64,000 bases of DNA. Origin: Vicugna vicugna (Eukaryota). The stretch is taken from assembly GCA_013265495.1 (NCBI GenBank), contig MU057521.1:1004335-1068334 (forward strand). The letters run 5' to 3'. Below, one piece after another: positions 14,401-27,820 of this stretch. Position 1 is the stretch's first letter, and each line of letters opens with the position of its first letter. A program made the position numbers and the translations under genes. The notes beneath the pieces were generated by a model. That model did not search any database. It was not told the origin of the DNA and saw only the letters and a program-made list of their open reading frames with translations.

Positions 14401-14915
14401 TCTAGGTCACGACCCCGCATCACCGATGAGGGCTGGGGCTCCCTGGCGTCCCAGGTACCTGCATGCACCATTCAGAAGCCACCGAGAGCTCATTCCCCTT
14501 CGCAGAATGGGACAGAGTACAAATTTGTTCAAATTCCCACTTCAGTACTTCCGATAAAACCAATTGTTTCAAATAAAACTGGAAGGACTTTTGTACTTCC
14601 CACCGGCACCATCTAAGTGTCTTGGTTTCAGGCTTAGTTGACTTAAGTGAAATCGGCAACAGAGCATGAGAGGGCTGTTTCGGTGATAATTCAAACTCGA
14701 AGTTGCTTCTGAAGTGCTGCATAGCTCTCACAGACCATGCTCCCAGGGGCTCCATGGCACAGTCATTAGAGACAGAATGTCACAGCTACCGCTGGCTCTG
14801 GAAAGAGGTGGGGAGCTGCATCCCTGTCCAGGGGGGCATATGCTACTCTCTGAAAATGGGTCTGAAGCTGTGACGTGAATGAGCATCAAACCATCACTGA
14901 GGGGCAGAAGAGGGA

Positions 14916-15329
14916 TGTTATGGGGTGAATTGTGTCTCCAAAACAAGGTACATTCAAGTCCTAACCCCTGGTGCTTAGAACGCGGCCTTGTTGGGAACAA
15001 GGCTGTTGCACATGTCAGCAGTTAAGAGGAGGTCACACTGGATGGGGAGATCCTTAATCCAGTATGACTGATGTGTTTAAGAAGACAAGAGACACATGGA
15101 GAGAAGGCCATGTGATGACACTCAGAGATTAACGAAGCATCTGCAAGCCAAGGATTGCAGGCAACACCAGAAGCTGCTAGAGGCAAGGAAAGCTCCTTCC
15201 CTAAGGGCTTTGGATCGAGCGTGACCCTGGGACACCTTCAGTGTGGCCTTCCAGCCTCCAGAAATGTGAGAGGATAAGATCCCATTGTTTCAAGCCACCC
15301 AGTTTGTCGAGCCCTAGGAAATTAATGCA
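14916..15329 (+). mobile_element. MaLR solo LTR (MLT1B/MLT1C-like)
   Basis: TG start tgttatggggtgaattgtgtc; internal gcaagccaagga and ccagcctccagaaatgtgaga; end gccctaggaaattaatgCA. Confidence 0.88.
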
Positions 15330-15404
15330 AGCAGGAAATGAACAGCTGAGGAATCACAAAAAGCTCTTGATTTAGAAGCAGCATCAAAGAGGAAAGAGAA
15401 AATA

Positions 15405-15911
15405 CAGAAGGTCCTCAACTTAGGATGGCTCAATTTTGGATTTTTCAACTCTGTAATGGTGTGAAAGCGATATGCATTCAGTAGAAACTGTACTTGGAAT
15501 TGTGAATTGTGATCTTTTCCCAGGTGGGCGATGTGCAGGGTAACCCTCTCGTGTGATGCTGGGCAGCGACACTGAGTGTAGCTCCCGGTGGGCCCCGCCA
15601 TCACCAGGGTCAGTGACAGATAACACTTACCACCATTCTCTACCCAGACAACCATTCTGTTTTTCACTTTCAGTACAGTAATCAATAAATTTCATGAGAA
15701 AGGCAACACTTCATTACCAAATAGGCTTTGTGTTAGATGGTTTTGCCCAACTGTAGGCTGAGGGAAGTGTTCTGAGCATGTTTAAGGTGGGCGAGGCTAA
15801 GCTATGGTGTTGGTAGGTTAGGTGTAGGAAATGGATTTTTGGCTTAATGAGATTTTCAACTTACCCTGGGTTGATTGGAACGTAACCCCATCGTAAGCCA
15901 AGGGAGATGTG
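15405..15911 (-). mobile_element. TcMar-Tigger non-autonomous element (MER47/Tigger5-like)
   Basis: TA flanks at 15403-15404 and 15912-15913. Degenerate TIRs cagaaggtcctcaacttaggatgg / ccatcgtaagccaagggagatgtg. Internal ggctaagctatg...ggtaggttaggtgta. Confidence 0.82.
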
Positions 15912-17075
15912 TATATGCTTGTGCTCAGGAACATCTTTCATAGGCTGGTCACCTACCTAGCTGAACTAGAGGAAGAAAAACACAGCCAGGGTCCCCGGAA
16001 GAAAACTTCCTTCCTCTAAGAAACTAGACTATCTAATTCAGGTCCTAAGTAGGCGAAGAAAAGGGTGGGGGCGGGAACAGTAGAAACTGAAGCTTTCCCC
16101 CCACCCCGTTTACATATAAAGTCCTGCCTCCCGCATCCTGACCCTCTTAGCCCCTGTCCGCTTCACACGCTTACACAAAGGTACCACTAGGTGTTTTCAT
16201 AGCCATGGTCTCATTTCATCGTCACAACCATTTTTGTGGCAGGGAAGGAGGACAAGTACTCTCCTTCTCATTTTACACCTGAGGAAACAGAGCAGGTCAT
16301 GAAGTCACAGATGAGAAGACCATCCTGCAAAGAACTTCTGTTGACAAGGCAGAAGCCTTTCCAGAAAAGGTTGCGCAGGAGTAAGGATGGGAGGGAAAAA
16401 ACAGCCCTAAATCTTGTCTTAAAAATAGACCAGTTCAACAAACATTCTAGAAGCCTTCCACGTCCAAAACAAATCAAATCTGTTGGCCTTGAAAGTAGCC
16501 CCTTTACCTTTTTCAGTCGTTCAGATAACATTGCCATGGACACGATCCACTGATTCTTTGACCAGCTTTTTTAAGTGTCTTTGAGGAGAAAATCCAGAAC
16601 ACATTTTCCAGGCTTGAAACGTAAGGACCCCTGACCCCATCTCATTCCAGGCTTCCGAATCTTCAGGCACGCAGGTGTGACCACGGGACCTTTCCCTAAC
16701 CATCACCCCACACAAGGGTGTGATTTCCTGAAGCTATAGGGAGTGTCTGAGAGGATGGAGCACCACAGACTCGTGTCCAACAACCTTGGCTAACCGACTA
16801 AGCCTTTCCCAAAACAACATATGATAAAGGGAAAGAAGGCAGGACAGAGTAGGGTGGCAGGTGTCCCAGGAAAGGGCAGGACTGAAAGGGTTAAGCCCGG
16901 AAGCACTGGGGATGAGAAACGTGGGTGGAGAGCACTGACTCCAATCAGCAGCCATTTCCATATGTTCTAATCTTTCCCCTCTGGAAAACGCCCAGGCACT
17001 GGTCACCAAGAAAACTGGACTTTCATGACCCAAACCTGCAGCCAAGATGTCGGGCACATACTCCACAGGACTTAC

Positions 17076-17148
17076 CGCTCCCTACTCTGGGAAATCATAC
17101 TGCGAAATGCCTTTCCACACTTTGTCAGCTTGAAAATATTAAACACCA
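17076..17148 (-). other. Candidate 73-nt internal 5'UTR exon
   Basis: Minus strand: ccttaaatttctttcAG|TGGTGTTT...GGGAGCG|GTAAGT. Consensus acceptor and donor in non-repeat sequence. Confidence 0.5.
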
Positions 17149-20100
17149 CTGAAAGAAATTTAAGGTTTCTTTTTCAGATTTAAATGTCTTCTTATTTCAA
17201 AATGAATTAGTAGTTCTCCGGGTTTCGTAATGTTTAATTCATTAATGATAACTACAGCTTGAGAATTTGAAAGGAAATTGCTTCCGGGATAAAATTAAAC
17301 GCGAAGCTCTAAGCAGTGATTCACGGCCGTTCCTATCTAAATTACTAATCCATGGGACAAACCTGGTTGGCAGCACAAAAAAGCAATACTATTTTCCCCC
17401 ATTGCCTTTATAGACTTTGCTGAATTGTTTTGCAAACTGTCTAAACCCAAGTCCCAGATAATCCCCCACTAGCAGCCTCCATTCCGTTGTGGAATTTAGT
17501 ACTTAGCGTCTCTATTGCCTCAGAGAGGTTCAGAATAGACTAATACTTTCGTGCCTCAGAAACGACTTCCCTCAACGTCAGAGTTTAGACATACGGTCCA
17601 ATAGATTTCTGAGGCAACTCATTTTAAATCGAAGGCAGATAACCCCATGACATCTGTCCACATCTCCCTGAAAGAAACCTGTGTGAAACTCTAAAAATGG
17701 CAATTTCCTTCTAGTTTGCAAGGAAGGCTATCCAGCTGAGATTCAATTACATACCCTCCTGTTAGAACAACCGGGAACTAGAGTAAACCTTGTGGTCCAA
17801 AAGACAAGATAATATAATGTTTCCAAAGTTTCATCAAGTCCAGTTTACGCTGCCTCCTAAAATTTCTCTCAGTGTTCATCCCCTAGACTAGGGTGGAGAA
17901 GCAGGGACATTGCCGACCACAGGACCCCCATCTCCCAAGGAGCTCAGAGGACCAAAGACCCAGGTCATACCTCGCTGGGAACCTCTGTCCAGACCACCAT
18001 GAAAGCCTTGCAAAGCAGGTCTCCCATCTCCAGTCTCTCCCTCATTCCCACCATCCTGTGTACTACCCTAAATGCCGAGTCAGATCCCTGCGCGCCCTCG
18101 GGAGCGCTACTCCATGCTGGCACTGTGATATGGTGATGCCTTTACCCTTGGGACAATTCAGGGATGGCACCCTCATGGTCTCCGTACTTCAGAGAAATAT
18201 TCAGCAGCAAAGACCATGAAAACACTTGTCCACGTTACAGAGCAAGAACCTGGCCGAGCCAGGATTCACACCTACACTTTCTGCCCAATTTCCCGGGCTT
18301 TGAATGATCTGATCACGCCACCCCGGGCTTTGAATATTCTACTCACTCCTTATGACCGAGGGAGTGGGGCCCACATACCCACCCGGGTCCTTTGGTGATC
18401 TGGCTACATTTCCAGCCTCATCCAAACCAACCCTCTTCTCCACCTACTCCCACTCTGGCTTTTCCAGACTCTACGCACGTGCTGATTCCTCTGCCTCTCC
18501 TTCCAGCAGGGCTTCTGTGACCCCCTCCTCGGGTGTCTCTTTTCCCCCTTTATGTTCCTGCAATGCCACATTCATCCCCTCGGTCAACCACTCACTACTT
18601 CTATTGACACTGGGGGTGCACATGTGTCTCCCCTCGAGTCCACGACCTTCTCCAAGGCGACAGCTCTGGCTCTTCCACAACCTGCCTCTGTGACCCCACA
18701 GCAGGGCCACAGTGAGATGGCCTGTAAACCCTTAGAACTAATGAATGTCTCATGACAAATGTGTGACAAACAAAAGTAAAAGCAAACAACAGACTTAGGG
18801 GCTTGTCCCATACTGACTCAGGACCCTTCAGAGTGGGGGTGAGGAGATGGAAAGGGTTTATGTGCACTTTTTAAAAGCTCTTTCTGTCAGGGCATTTTTC
18901 TCCACCAAGCACTCAACACTGTGACCACGTGACGGAGAGAACCCCTACACACCTGCTGGCCAGCTAATGGGCTCATGAAGCAAGACTGCTTCGATTTTAA
19001 ATCAGCAAGACATCATCTTCAGAGGGAGAACTCAAGAGTTCTCATGTGTTTCAAGAGTAAAGAGATGACAACCTGAATCCAGAACTCAGATTGGTTTTTA
19101 CTGTTGTTTCCTGGAGGGAGAGAAAAGAGAGATTTGGAAAAAGCGTTTTTGTTGTTTTAATTTTAAGGAGGGAGTGTACCTACCCCCTACAGCTCTTCTA
19201 CCATGGGGCAAACCGATGTTAACAGGGCTGGACTCCGCATGGAACTCATCTTACCTCAGGCATCTATTCCTGACCATGAACTCGGCATCAAATAAACCCA
19301 GATACCAGTGACAGTGCAGCTCCAAATGCAAAGGTAATAACTGGAACTCATGGTAATCATTTCAAATGTAAAATAATGTTCCTAAATCCCATAGACCGGT
19401 TACAAATGTCAGTGCAGGCGAAGTCTCCGAGGAACCCCACGGTACTGTAAAAGCACACAAAACGCACATAAAAATACAACTCCACCGTTACGTAAATTTA
19501 ACCTTCAACTAACATGCTAGCTAAAACAAACAATGTATTAAACCAATTTTGTTCACCTTCTTAGAACTTAATTAATCCCCAGGGGGCAATCTGGATGCCC
19601 TGGTGCCTCTTATACAAAACCTTCCAATGAGATTCAGGGTAACACGCGGAGCTGCTGGGGGAGCTGACCCCCCCCCACCTCCCCGTTTTCCTCGCAGCCG
19701 GCACAGGCCTTCTGCATAAGCTGCTGACTGTAGAGGCTGGCCTTCCAGTGTTGCTGCCGGCTTACAACACACATCTGTGCTACAGTCGGGGTGTTCTTCC
19801 CAGGGAAGAGGACTTTTAAAATACTTGCCAACATTTCTCTTTCCCTCCCAGTTTATTCAACGTCTGGGGAGCAGCCACACCTGCTCAGTGTCAGCTCGGA
19901 GACCAGAGGATGGAGGTAAGTCCAGCCTAGTCACCCTTAGCCGACCCTGCAGGGCACTCACTGGGCATTCAAAGGTCACCTCGGGTCACAAGGATAAGTA
20001 CGGGCTTTAGCAGCAACTTCAAAGTCGTCCTCTTAATGAATGAGCATACATCAGTATTTTGCCTTGTAAGTTACATGGGGGAAAGATGCAGAGCAGAAGA

Positions 20101-23100
20101 GTGTGCAGGAAAGTCAGGACCAGGCGTTACAAAGGCAGCTGCACGAGAAGGTCAAGGACACACAGGATTCTTCCCAAGTGACTTAAAAGCAGATTGATAA
20201 AGAACTGCCTATTCTTCAGTGTCTCAGGCTTCCCACTTTAATGGTTAAATAGAAGAACGAAATAGCATTCACAGTTTGTGAGAATACAGATCTTTCATAA
20301 GCATTTGAGGTTCTTAGAAAAGATTTTTAGAGCATCCTAACGTCTTGGTCATCTTGTTTGTTCTAGGAATATCCCAAGTTCTCCGTTTCTTTGTAACTGG
20401 GACTAGCTAAGTAACTCCCGTCTTAACCATTTCAAGGACCACAAAATTCTAATTGCTGAAATCCATAGAAATGGGAGGGAAATTTCTATCCTCAAAATTT
20501 CAACTGCCAACAATATAAGGAATAATGATATAAAGACAAAATGAGCAGGAGTTTAAGCAGATGTGCTCTGGACAGGAAGCCACAACAGGAAGCGTGTAAT
20601 GGGATTCACAATAAGAATTTGTATTTTCTGATATAGACTTGCACACTGAGCTTGTTCATTCTCAATTCAATCCAGGAGGGAAAAGACAAGTCTGCCAACT
20701 CAAATCAGGCATCGCCATATACCTCGTCCTATCACATCCTTTCTGTTTCTCCCAAACCTCATGCTCTCTTGGAAAGAAATAATTGAAAATACGGGAATAT
20801 TATTTTACTGAGTCTATTTCTAACACTAATCCTCTGCTTTTAGAATTATAAAGAGGCTGGGGCAGGAAGCACAGCAGGGAGCCGTCAGTGGCCAAATTTC
20901 ACTGCTGCCACAGCGTGGCCTGTATGCTCCAAACTGGCTTTACTGATCACAGTGCCCGAGGGTGGGATTTATTGTTGCAAATAAACACAAGCACAGTAAT
21001 TTTTTAAAAAAATCTTTATGTCCCTGTCTCCCACAGAGCTTTCTTCTACAAAGTGCTCTTCTCATCTGCTCTGGTTTCCTCTACCCAAGGAAGAAAGAGT
21101 GGAGACCATGCCTTCCTTTCAGGTACCCCGCCCATCTGTCCCCTCACCCCTGGTTCTTCACGGCTGGCTTACCTCCAACCCTGCCCCCCCAGGAAAATAC
21201 TTCACATCTCTGCTGGCTCCATCAGTCCAAAGTTCAGGCCCGTGTTTGTGTCTTGGCCAAGCACGACCCCAAAGCCCACTCCCTCAAGGTTCTGCTTCAG
21301 GACATCACTCTCCTTTCCCCCCCTTCTCTTAAGGATGTGGAAAAAAGAGTTCTTTTAACGTTAACCAGCCAAGGAAAAGGATCAAAGTCCTATCTTCCTA
21401 CCAGCGTTGTTTATGGACCTCACTTCTTCAGATCCCAGAAAAAGAAAAGCGAAGCGAAAGTAAGGGACCAGCTCCATCTGAGGCAAAACGGTCCTGTTTA
21501 AATGGAGTGCCCGACCATTTTTCTGTATCCATGCCTCCTGGCTGGCTTTCGATGCTTGCCTTACTCCTCCCACCCCTCCATCCCCAAGTCTTAGCAGAGC
21601 TGACCTGCCCAGATTATAATGCTTCAGCTCGCGGTAGTCTTTTTCACCTTCCCTCCATCAGACCCGTCCCTCTACCTTCATCTGCACCTGCTTCTCAGAG
21701 GGGCTGGGAGAAACCTGATTTCACAGGATTAGCTACTCCATCCTTATGGAGGTGAGTATGTTATCCTTCCCAAGGGCACTCATTTAACAAAGGACCCAAA
21801 GGAAGAAAGAAAAGAACTAATTTACACTGAACTGTCTATGTACCAGTTTCGACTCTCAGGCACATCGGTCAGTTTCTCTAGGGCTGCATCCAGTTCTTCC
21901 CTCAGACTATTGTTCTGAGAATTAGTGAGCTAACGTATATGTAACACCTAAAACAGCACCCAGCACCTTGCAAGGGCTCCCTGCACTTTAGTTATCAGTA
22001 TTAACCTTCACTGTGACACTTCAAAATAAGTACTGCTGGCCTCATCTTAAATGAGGACATGGAGTGATTTCCTCAGGATCACAAGGTAAGTAAGTAGCAG
22101 AGGAGGGGTACAGCCCTCAGTTGACCAAGTGACCACAATTCATGTCGTCTTCTCTACCATACAAGGAATGAATCTCTAATGGTAAAGCCAAGGGTCCTTC
22201 AGGCCTGCAGGGTGAGTGCATTGAAGGGGTCCTGAGGTACACTGATGGTGTACAATCAGAGAGAAAGGCTGGAAGGCTGGGCTGACATCGAGTGATTCCT
22301 GGAGCATGACTAGGGCTGAACAGGATGGCAGTTTCCATCAGGGCTAATTCAAGGCCCACCTCTGAACTGCAGACACCTTGGTCTATCAGTTTCCCTTGTT
22401 TAGTCTCATGTTTTCCTGACTATAAAGTGGGAACAATTTACTCAGGAGATGGTAAGGTCCTGACACCAGGAAGTGTTCACAGCAAAAGGGAAAACACCCC
22501 ATGAGGGAGGCTCCAGGAAGGGGTGCTGCAAACCTGATGACGTCAGTTACTCCCAACCCTCGCTCGGACTGGAGAGTTCGTAGAACAGGCTAGAGATGAA
22601 CAGTGTTTGTTTAAAAAACTTAATACCAGAGCCAAAAATAGTCCTAATGGCCTTGATACTGTCCGGTTAGAAACTCTGAATTAACTCAGGGCAGTCTAAT
22701 TTCTAATCTCCAAAATTTCCTGAAAGCTCACCCATTTCCACCATATATTACAAATCCGTAATTAGGCCTCCTTCCTCTCTGGCTTGCCCAACATTTGAAA
22801 AGCATTGGCTATTCTACTAAACAGGACTTCCCCCAAAATAACCTCATTCTTCTCCACTTCCACAATCATGTCATGGATAGAATTACCATGATTATAATTT
22901 CAGCTGTTACTTTTTGCATTAGAATCTCTGGATGGATTTCTGGTGAAGAAACAAAATAGCCACAATAAGGTTATTAAATTTCAACTCTACTGTGACCAGA
23001 GCACAGAGTGACTGAAATTAAAACGCTAAAATGTTTAGTATTTCATTTTTAATATTATGTTCATTGAAGATGCTTGCTGTCCGTACATTTTATTTCTGAC

Positions 23101-23199
23101 AGCAGCTATTTTTACTGGTACTTGTCAACTACAACTGCAAAGTTCTGAAAGGCCACCGTGTTATACTGGACTGACATACCAAGACTACTTACTATAAAT

Positions 23200-23370
23200 C
23201 AGATTCAGGGTTTCCATCCTGGTTCTGCCACTTGCTGAACTTCTCTGTGCCTCAGTTTGGTCATCCAAAAAATGGGATGAAAACCTACTCCTAAATTATC
23301 ATCAGAACTATATTGGGTAACTTACCTAGAGTTTCACGGGATGCTTTGGATTTAGTAACTGCCAAGCACA
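23200..23370 (+). mobile_element. MIR SINE fragment
   Basis: cctggttctgccacttgctgaacttctctgtgcctcagtttggtcatccaaaaaatggga. Confidence 0.7.
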
Positions 23371-24917
23371 TATTAGCAATTTTTTCTTCCATTTATAAAA
23401 GTGCAAGTCCAATTCAAAGATATTTAATATTTAAAATTTTACTCAAAATTCTGCAATCTCCATACTTGAAGACTGGCAGGCTCTGCCCCCTTCAGTGGCA
23501 GGCCCACTGCCATCACTTGCCAGAGTAGTAAACTCTCATAACTCAGAAGTCAGTTATGAACGTCAGCCAACCTAATGCATTCTCAGAAAAAGTACAAGTT
23601 CTTTCTCCATAACCCAGGGAAAGTGGACTTGTTTTCTGAGAAAATGGAACAGGCCAGAGCACAGGACAGCAGATTTGAACTAACCAGTACTAATTACTGG
23701 GATTTTTTTTGAGGCGGATGGAGCTGAGATTATATTAGTAAACAAATCTAAAGAAAGGAAAATTAAAGCTGCTCTACTTCCCGAAGTATTTTCTTAATCT
23801 GTCTTAATAAGCATAGTCTCATTGTTTATTCACAACCATTTTTCATACCGTACTAAATGAATTTTGTCTGATTAAGTTAATTTTAGAAACGTAAAAACTA
23901 ATTTCAGGCTTCTACTACTGTTTGACCCATTTAGGCTCTGAGTGTATTTTGGTTCCTAAAAACCTACCCACGAAACCAAAGGCAAAACTACATGGCAATT
24001 GGCCCCAGTACTATCTCCTTGCGGCCACAGCTTAACAGCACATTAAGAGAAAAATCAATCAAAATAGTCAATACGTCTTTCGAATAGCAGACAAATATAA
24101 ACCAAGCCAAAAGAGGTAACTAAAGTATTATGCTTTTGATTTCAGATACAAAATGCAGTACCCCCAGAGAGGAAAGGAAACTTTCTGATGATATAGCCCT
24201 TAATCAACCAGTCCCGTGAAGATACTGTATCCAAAATGGTGCAGGAAATACAAAAAAGCATTTCTTCTCAGCCCCAACACCATCAATGGCTTCCTTCCAA
24301 ATAAATCCCCAAATCCCCTCTTCCCACCAATCATTCTAATCTTCTTCCTACAAGTCCTCCTCACCTACTCCATGCATCAGCCATAAAGCACTTTTGCTGT
24401 CCAGAAGACAAGATCCACCCTCCCTTACCACCTTGCAAGCTGCTGGAAGTCCACTCCACCTGCCCACATGCCCAGATTACTACCTACCCTTCGAGGCATC
24501 ATCAAATGCTACTGTCTTCCATGAAGCCACTCTAAATCCTCCAGCAGGAAGTCATCTTTCCCCCTCTGACATCCAAGGCCACTTCATCCAAGACCACCTG
24601 GCATTTGAGTTCCTCAAGTGTATGTATGCTTATTGCTACAGAAGTAATCTCCCAAGGGAGCATCTCCATACGAAAATAATCAAAACAACATGCTAATTTA
24701 GTACTTTCTTACCACGAAGCACAGTGCCAAGAAGACACAAGACCATCCGCTGACAGCTTAGTTGGGAAATCATGCTCAACTCATGCAAAAATAAAGCAAT
24801 AATATCAACAACTCTTCTTAATCATCATATACAGCTGTTAGATGAAGTCATAAAAATAAAGGACATCTCAGAGAAAGTGAATCTCCTTTACAGAAGGGAA
24901 CATCTGAGCAACTCGCA

Positions 24918-25175
24918 GTGGCATATAGCATAAACTCTAGGGTCATTCCTGGGTTCTAATCCTAGTTCTGGCATTTACTCTTTGTGTGACCTTGGGCGAG
25001 TCATTTGGCCTCTCTGTGCCTCAATTTCTTATAAATGGACAAATTAAAATAGAGATATTAACAGTACCTTCCCTTAAGACTATTATGAGAATTATGCACA
25101 TAGTATATGCAAAACACTTACAGCCTGGCACGTAATTAGTGCCATCTGTATTAGCTACTCTTATTCTTATTATTA
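24918..25175 (+). mobile_element. MIR SINE (near full length)
   Basis: cctgggttctaatcctagttctggcatttactctttgtgtgaccttgggcgagtcatttggcctctctgtgcctcaatttc. Confidence 0.85.
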
Positions 25176-26199
25176 TAAAAATGTTTTATATGGGGGAAAA
25201 AAAACCCAGAAGAATCAGATATTTGGTAGTGAAGACGCCTAGCAGGATTTTTACTAGAAAGAGACTTTACCATCGTCAAGCCCAATTTGCTGTATTTGCT
25301 GACAGGGGTTCTTTGAGTGACTGACAGGTAGGCTGAAATTCACTGGGGGTGGCTCTTTGTACAATGGATTGAATGCTGTGCTGATGGAGGCGGCACCAAG
25401 ACCACTGACTCAAACACAAAGCCTTCAGCCACCGAAGAGCTCACCCACAATCAGCCATTGTCTTCCACAAACAACCCTGCTGTTGTCATCCAGATGGGTG
25501 CCAAATGAAACCATTTGACTTACGCATTTTGGACAGTGGCTCCGTAGACACAACCACAAATACAATTAATTGCTGCAAAGGAAATCTAGAACTAGGCACT
25601 GAATTTGGTCTGATAAGCAAGCTTTTGGGTTCAGCTTTTTAAAGGACACTAATCCGCAGCATACAGCTGGACTAAGCATATACGAGTCCACTTCCAAGCC
25701 CATCACATCATACAGTGATTTATTGATTAATGGTGTGGAAAACAGCTGTGACCATAGGGTATCAACATCTGTCATTTCCCCCCTAAAATATTAAGATGCA
25801 TTAAACTTAAATTGCTACAAAAAGCTCAACTTGAACTTGCATTGCAGACGCACATTCATACACAGTGAAATGAAAACTGCTAGGACATTTGATGTTTTAT
25901 GACTTTTTACTAAAAATATTTATAGCTCAGAGCTGCTTGCTTATTCACAGGTCAGAATTATTGGCGTGGTAGAAGAACACATTAACATTTATCATCATCT
26001 TATTTTCTGATAACACATAGGAATTTTTAAAATTATAGCAACAAGACTAATGCTACACAAGAACAAATAAACAAACAAATCTCCCTTTTCCCATGGTTAG
26101 AATGCCTGCTTTTCCTCACTACCGGGAACACTGGCATGGCTGCTTCAGCAAAGTCTCTTCATCCCAAGTGTCAGGGAAGGTTTGGGAAGGTAGACTGAC

Positions 26200-26515
26200 T
26201 ACTAAAATATGTACCCCCACATCTCCCTGGCCTAATGCCATGTTGGTTGAATTTCTTTACACTGCATCCTAATGCAGCTTGGTAAGGGAGGATCTGCTCC
26301 ACACGGTCATTCAGGACCCTGGCTCCTGCCATCTTGTGACTCCATCATATGCCAGAGCCACACAGCTCTCTCCAGCACCCCCTGAAGCTGGCCAGCAGAC
26401 CAGAAAGAGGATGGATGTGGAAAAGGACCCCCACTCTTAACTGCCTCTCATTTCCACATACTTCCTGTTGGTGAGAAGCAGTCTCATGGCCCCACCTAGA
26501 TGCAGGAAGTAGACC
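26200..26515 (-). mobile_element. Old MaLR LTR fragment (MLT1J/K-like)
   Basis: tctgctccacacggtcattcaggaccctggctcctgccatcttgtg...ttggtgagaagcagtctcatggccccacctagatgcagg. Confidence 0.6.
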
Positions 26516-26519
26516 AGTA

Positions 26520-26716
26520 CAGTGGTTCTCAACTGGGGACAATTTTAACTCTCACGGGACATTTGGCAATGTCTGGAGACATCTTTGATTGTCACAACTT
26601 AGCAACTGGCATCGAGTGGGTAGAGTCCAGGGATGCGACTACATGTCCCCCAATGCACAGCATAGTCTCCCCACAACAAAGAACTAACTAGCCCCAAGTG
26701 TCAATCATGCTGGGAC
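26520..26716 (+). mobile_element. MER20 hAT-Charlie DNA transposon
   Basis: cagtggttctcaactgggg...ggacatttggcaatgtctggagacat...cccacaacaaagaa...tgtcaat. Confidence 0.88.
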
Positions 26717-27654
26717 TTTGGTTAAGCATCTAGCCAGTCGCCATGATCACACACACATCAATGCTCAGATCTACCATCATTTTCCCCTAACATACACTCT
26801 AATCAATCCCAACAAACCCACATAGTGATAGTTTGTTCATTCATTTGCTTGTTTGTTTCTCCATACATTCATCCAAACTCCTAAACAAGACAAGGTCCTA
26901 CAGTCAAAGAAGTCACAGTGGAGCAGGGGAGGCAAATGTATGAAGAATTATCAGACACAGTGGATAAGTGGGATTCAAAAGAAAAAACGGAAGGAAAATT
27001 AATTCTGCCTGAGAATTAGAGGAGAACCCATAGGGCATGTGGAATCGGAAGGATGTCTTGAAGGAAATGTATACTCACAGCTTTTCCATCGAATTGTCGT
27101 GGGGTTTTTTTGGAATGGGGGAGGGGAAGGAAAGGTGGTTCCAGGAAAAGGGAACTACACAAACAAAGGAATGGCAATATGAAAGGATATGACTTATTCC
27201 CTTTTTGTTTAGGGGGAAAATAGGAACTCGGGGAAGATGGGTAGTAAAAAATGTTTTTTTCTTTGAACATTTTTCAGCAGTGGATTCCTGAAAGTCTTAA
27301 GCTCCCAGCCCCATATTGGCTTTCAGTCAACGGGTCCTTTGAGAAACAATTCACACCACCAGACTTCACAGTAACTTGTTAGCACAGGGCAAAGCTCAGG
27401 TAATAGCCAGAAATCTCACTGCAAATTTCCCAACAGCACCTGTCACAGAGTCTTTCAAATCATGCTGCCCTGAAGTCATCGTGAAGCTGATTCAGGCACA
27501 TAGTTGATCAAAATCGTCCATCTTTGTTCCCAAAGACAGGAGAGTGCAAAAGTCATATCTCTTCCTAAATTATGTTACCCTGAACCTTCTGGGCTAAGAA
27601 AAGAAAAAGAAGTTTTCACTTCTTCCAATCTTTAATCTCTTGTTAATGTGGCTC

Positions 27655-27820
27655 CCAGGGTGTGGTTAAGAGAACAGACTGCCTGGGTTCATATCCTGCC
27701 TTCAGCATAAACTCAGTGTGACCTTGAAGCAGTTACCTAACTTTCCAGGATCTATGGCCTTGCAGATAAGGTGCTTAAAGCTCTAAGCACTGCACCTGAA
27801 GTATCTAATAAACATTGTCT
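27655..27820 (+). mobile_element. MIR SINE fragment
   Basis: gtggttaagagaacagactgcctgggttcatatcctgcc...gtgtgaccttgaagcagttacctaac. Confidence 0.72.

Noticed and set aside
19254..19340. GAG|GTAAGA donor preceded by ATG codons
   Set aside because: No convincing acceptor or promoter signal upstream.
20962..21501. 179-aa ORF on the + strand
   Set aside because: Non-ATG start, no recognisable homology or splice context, antisense to the inferred gene.
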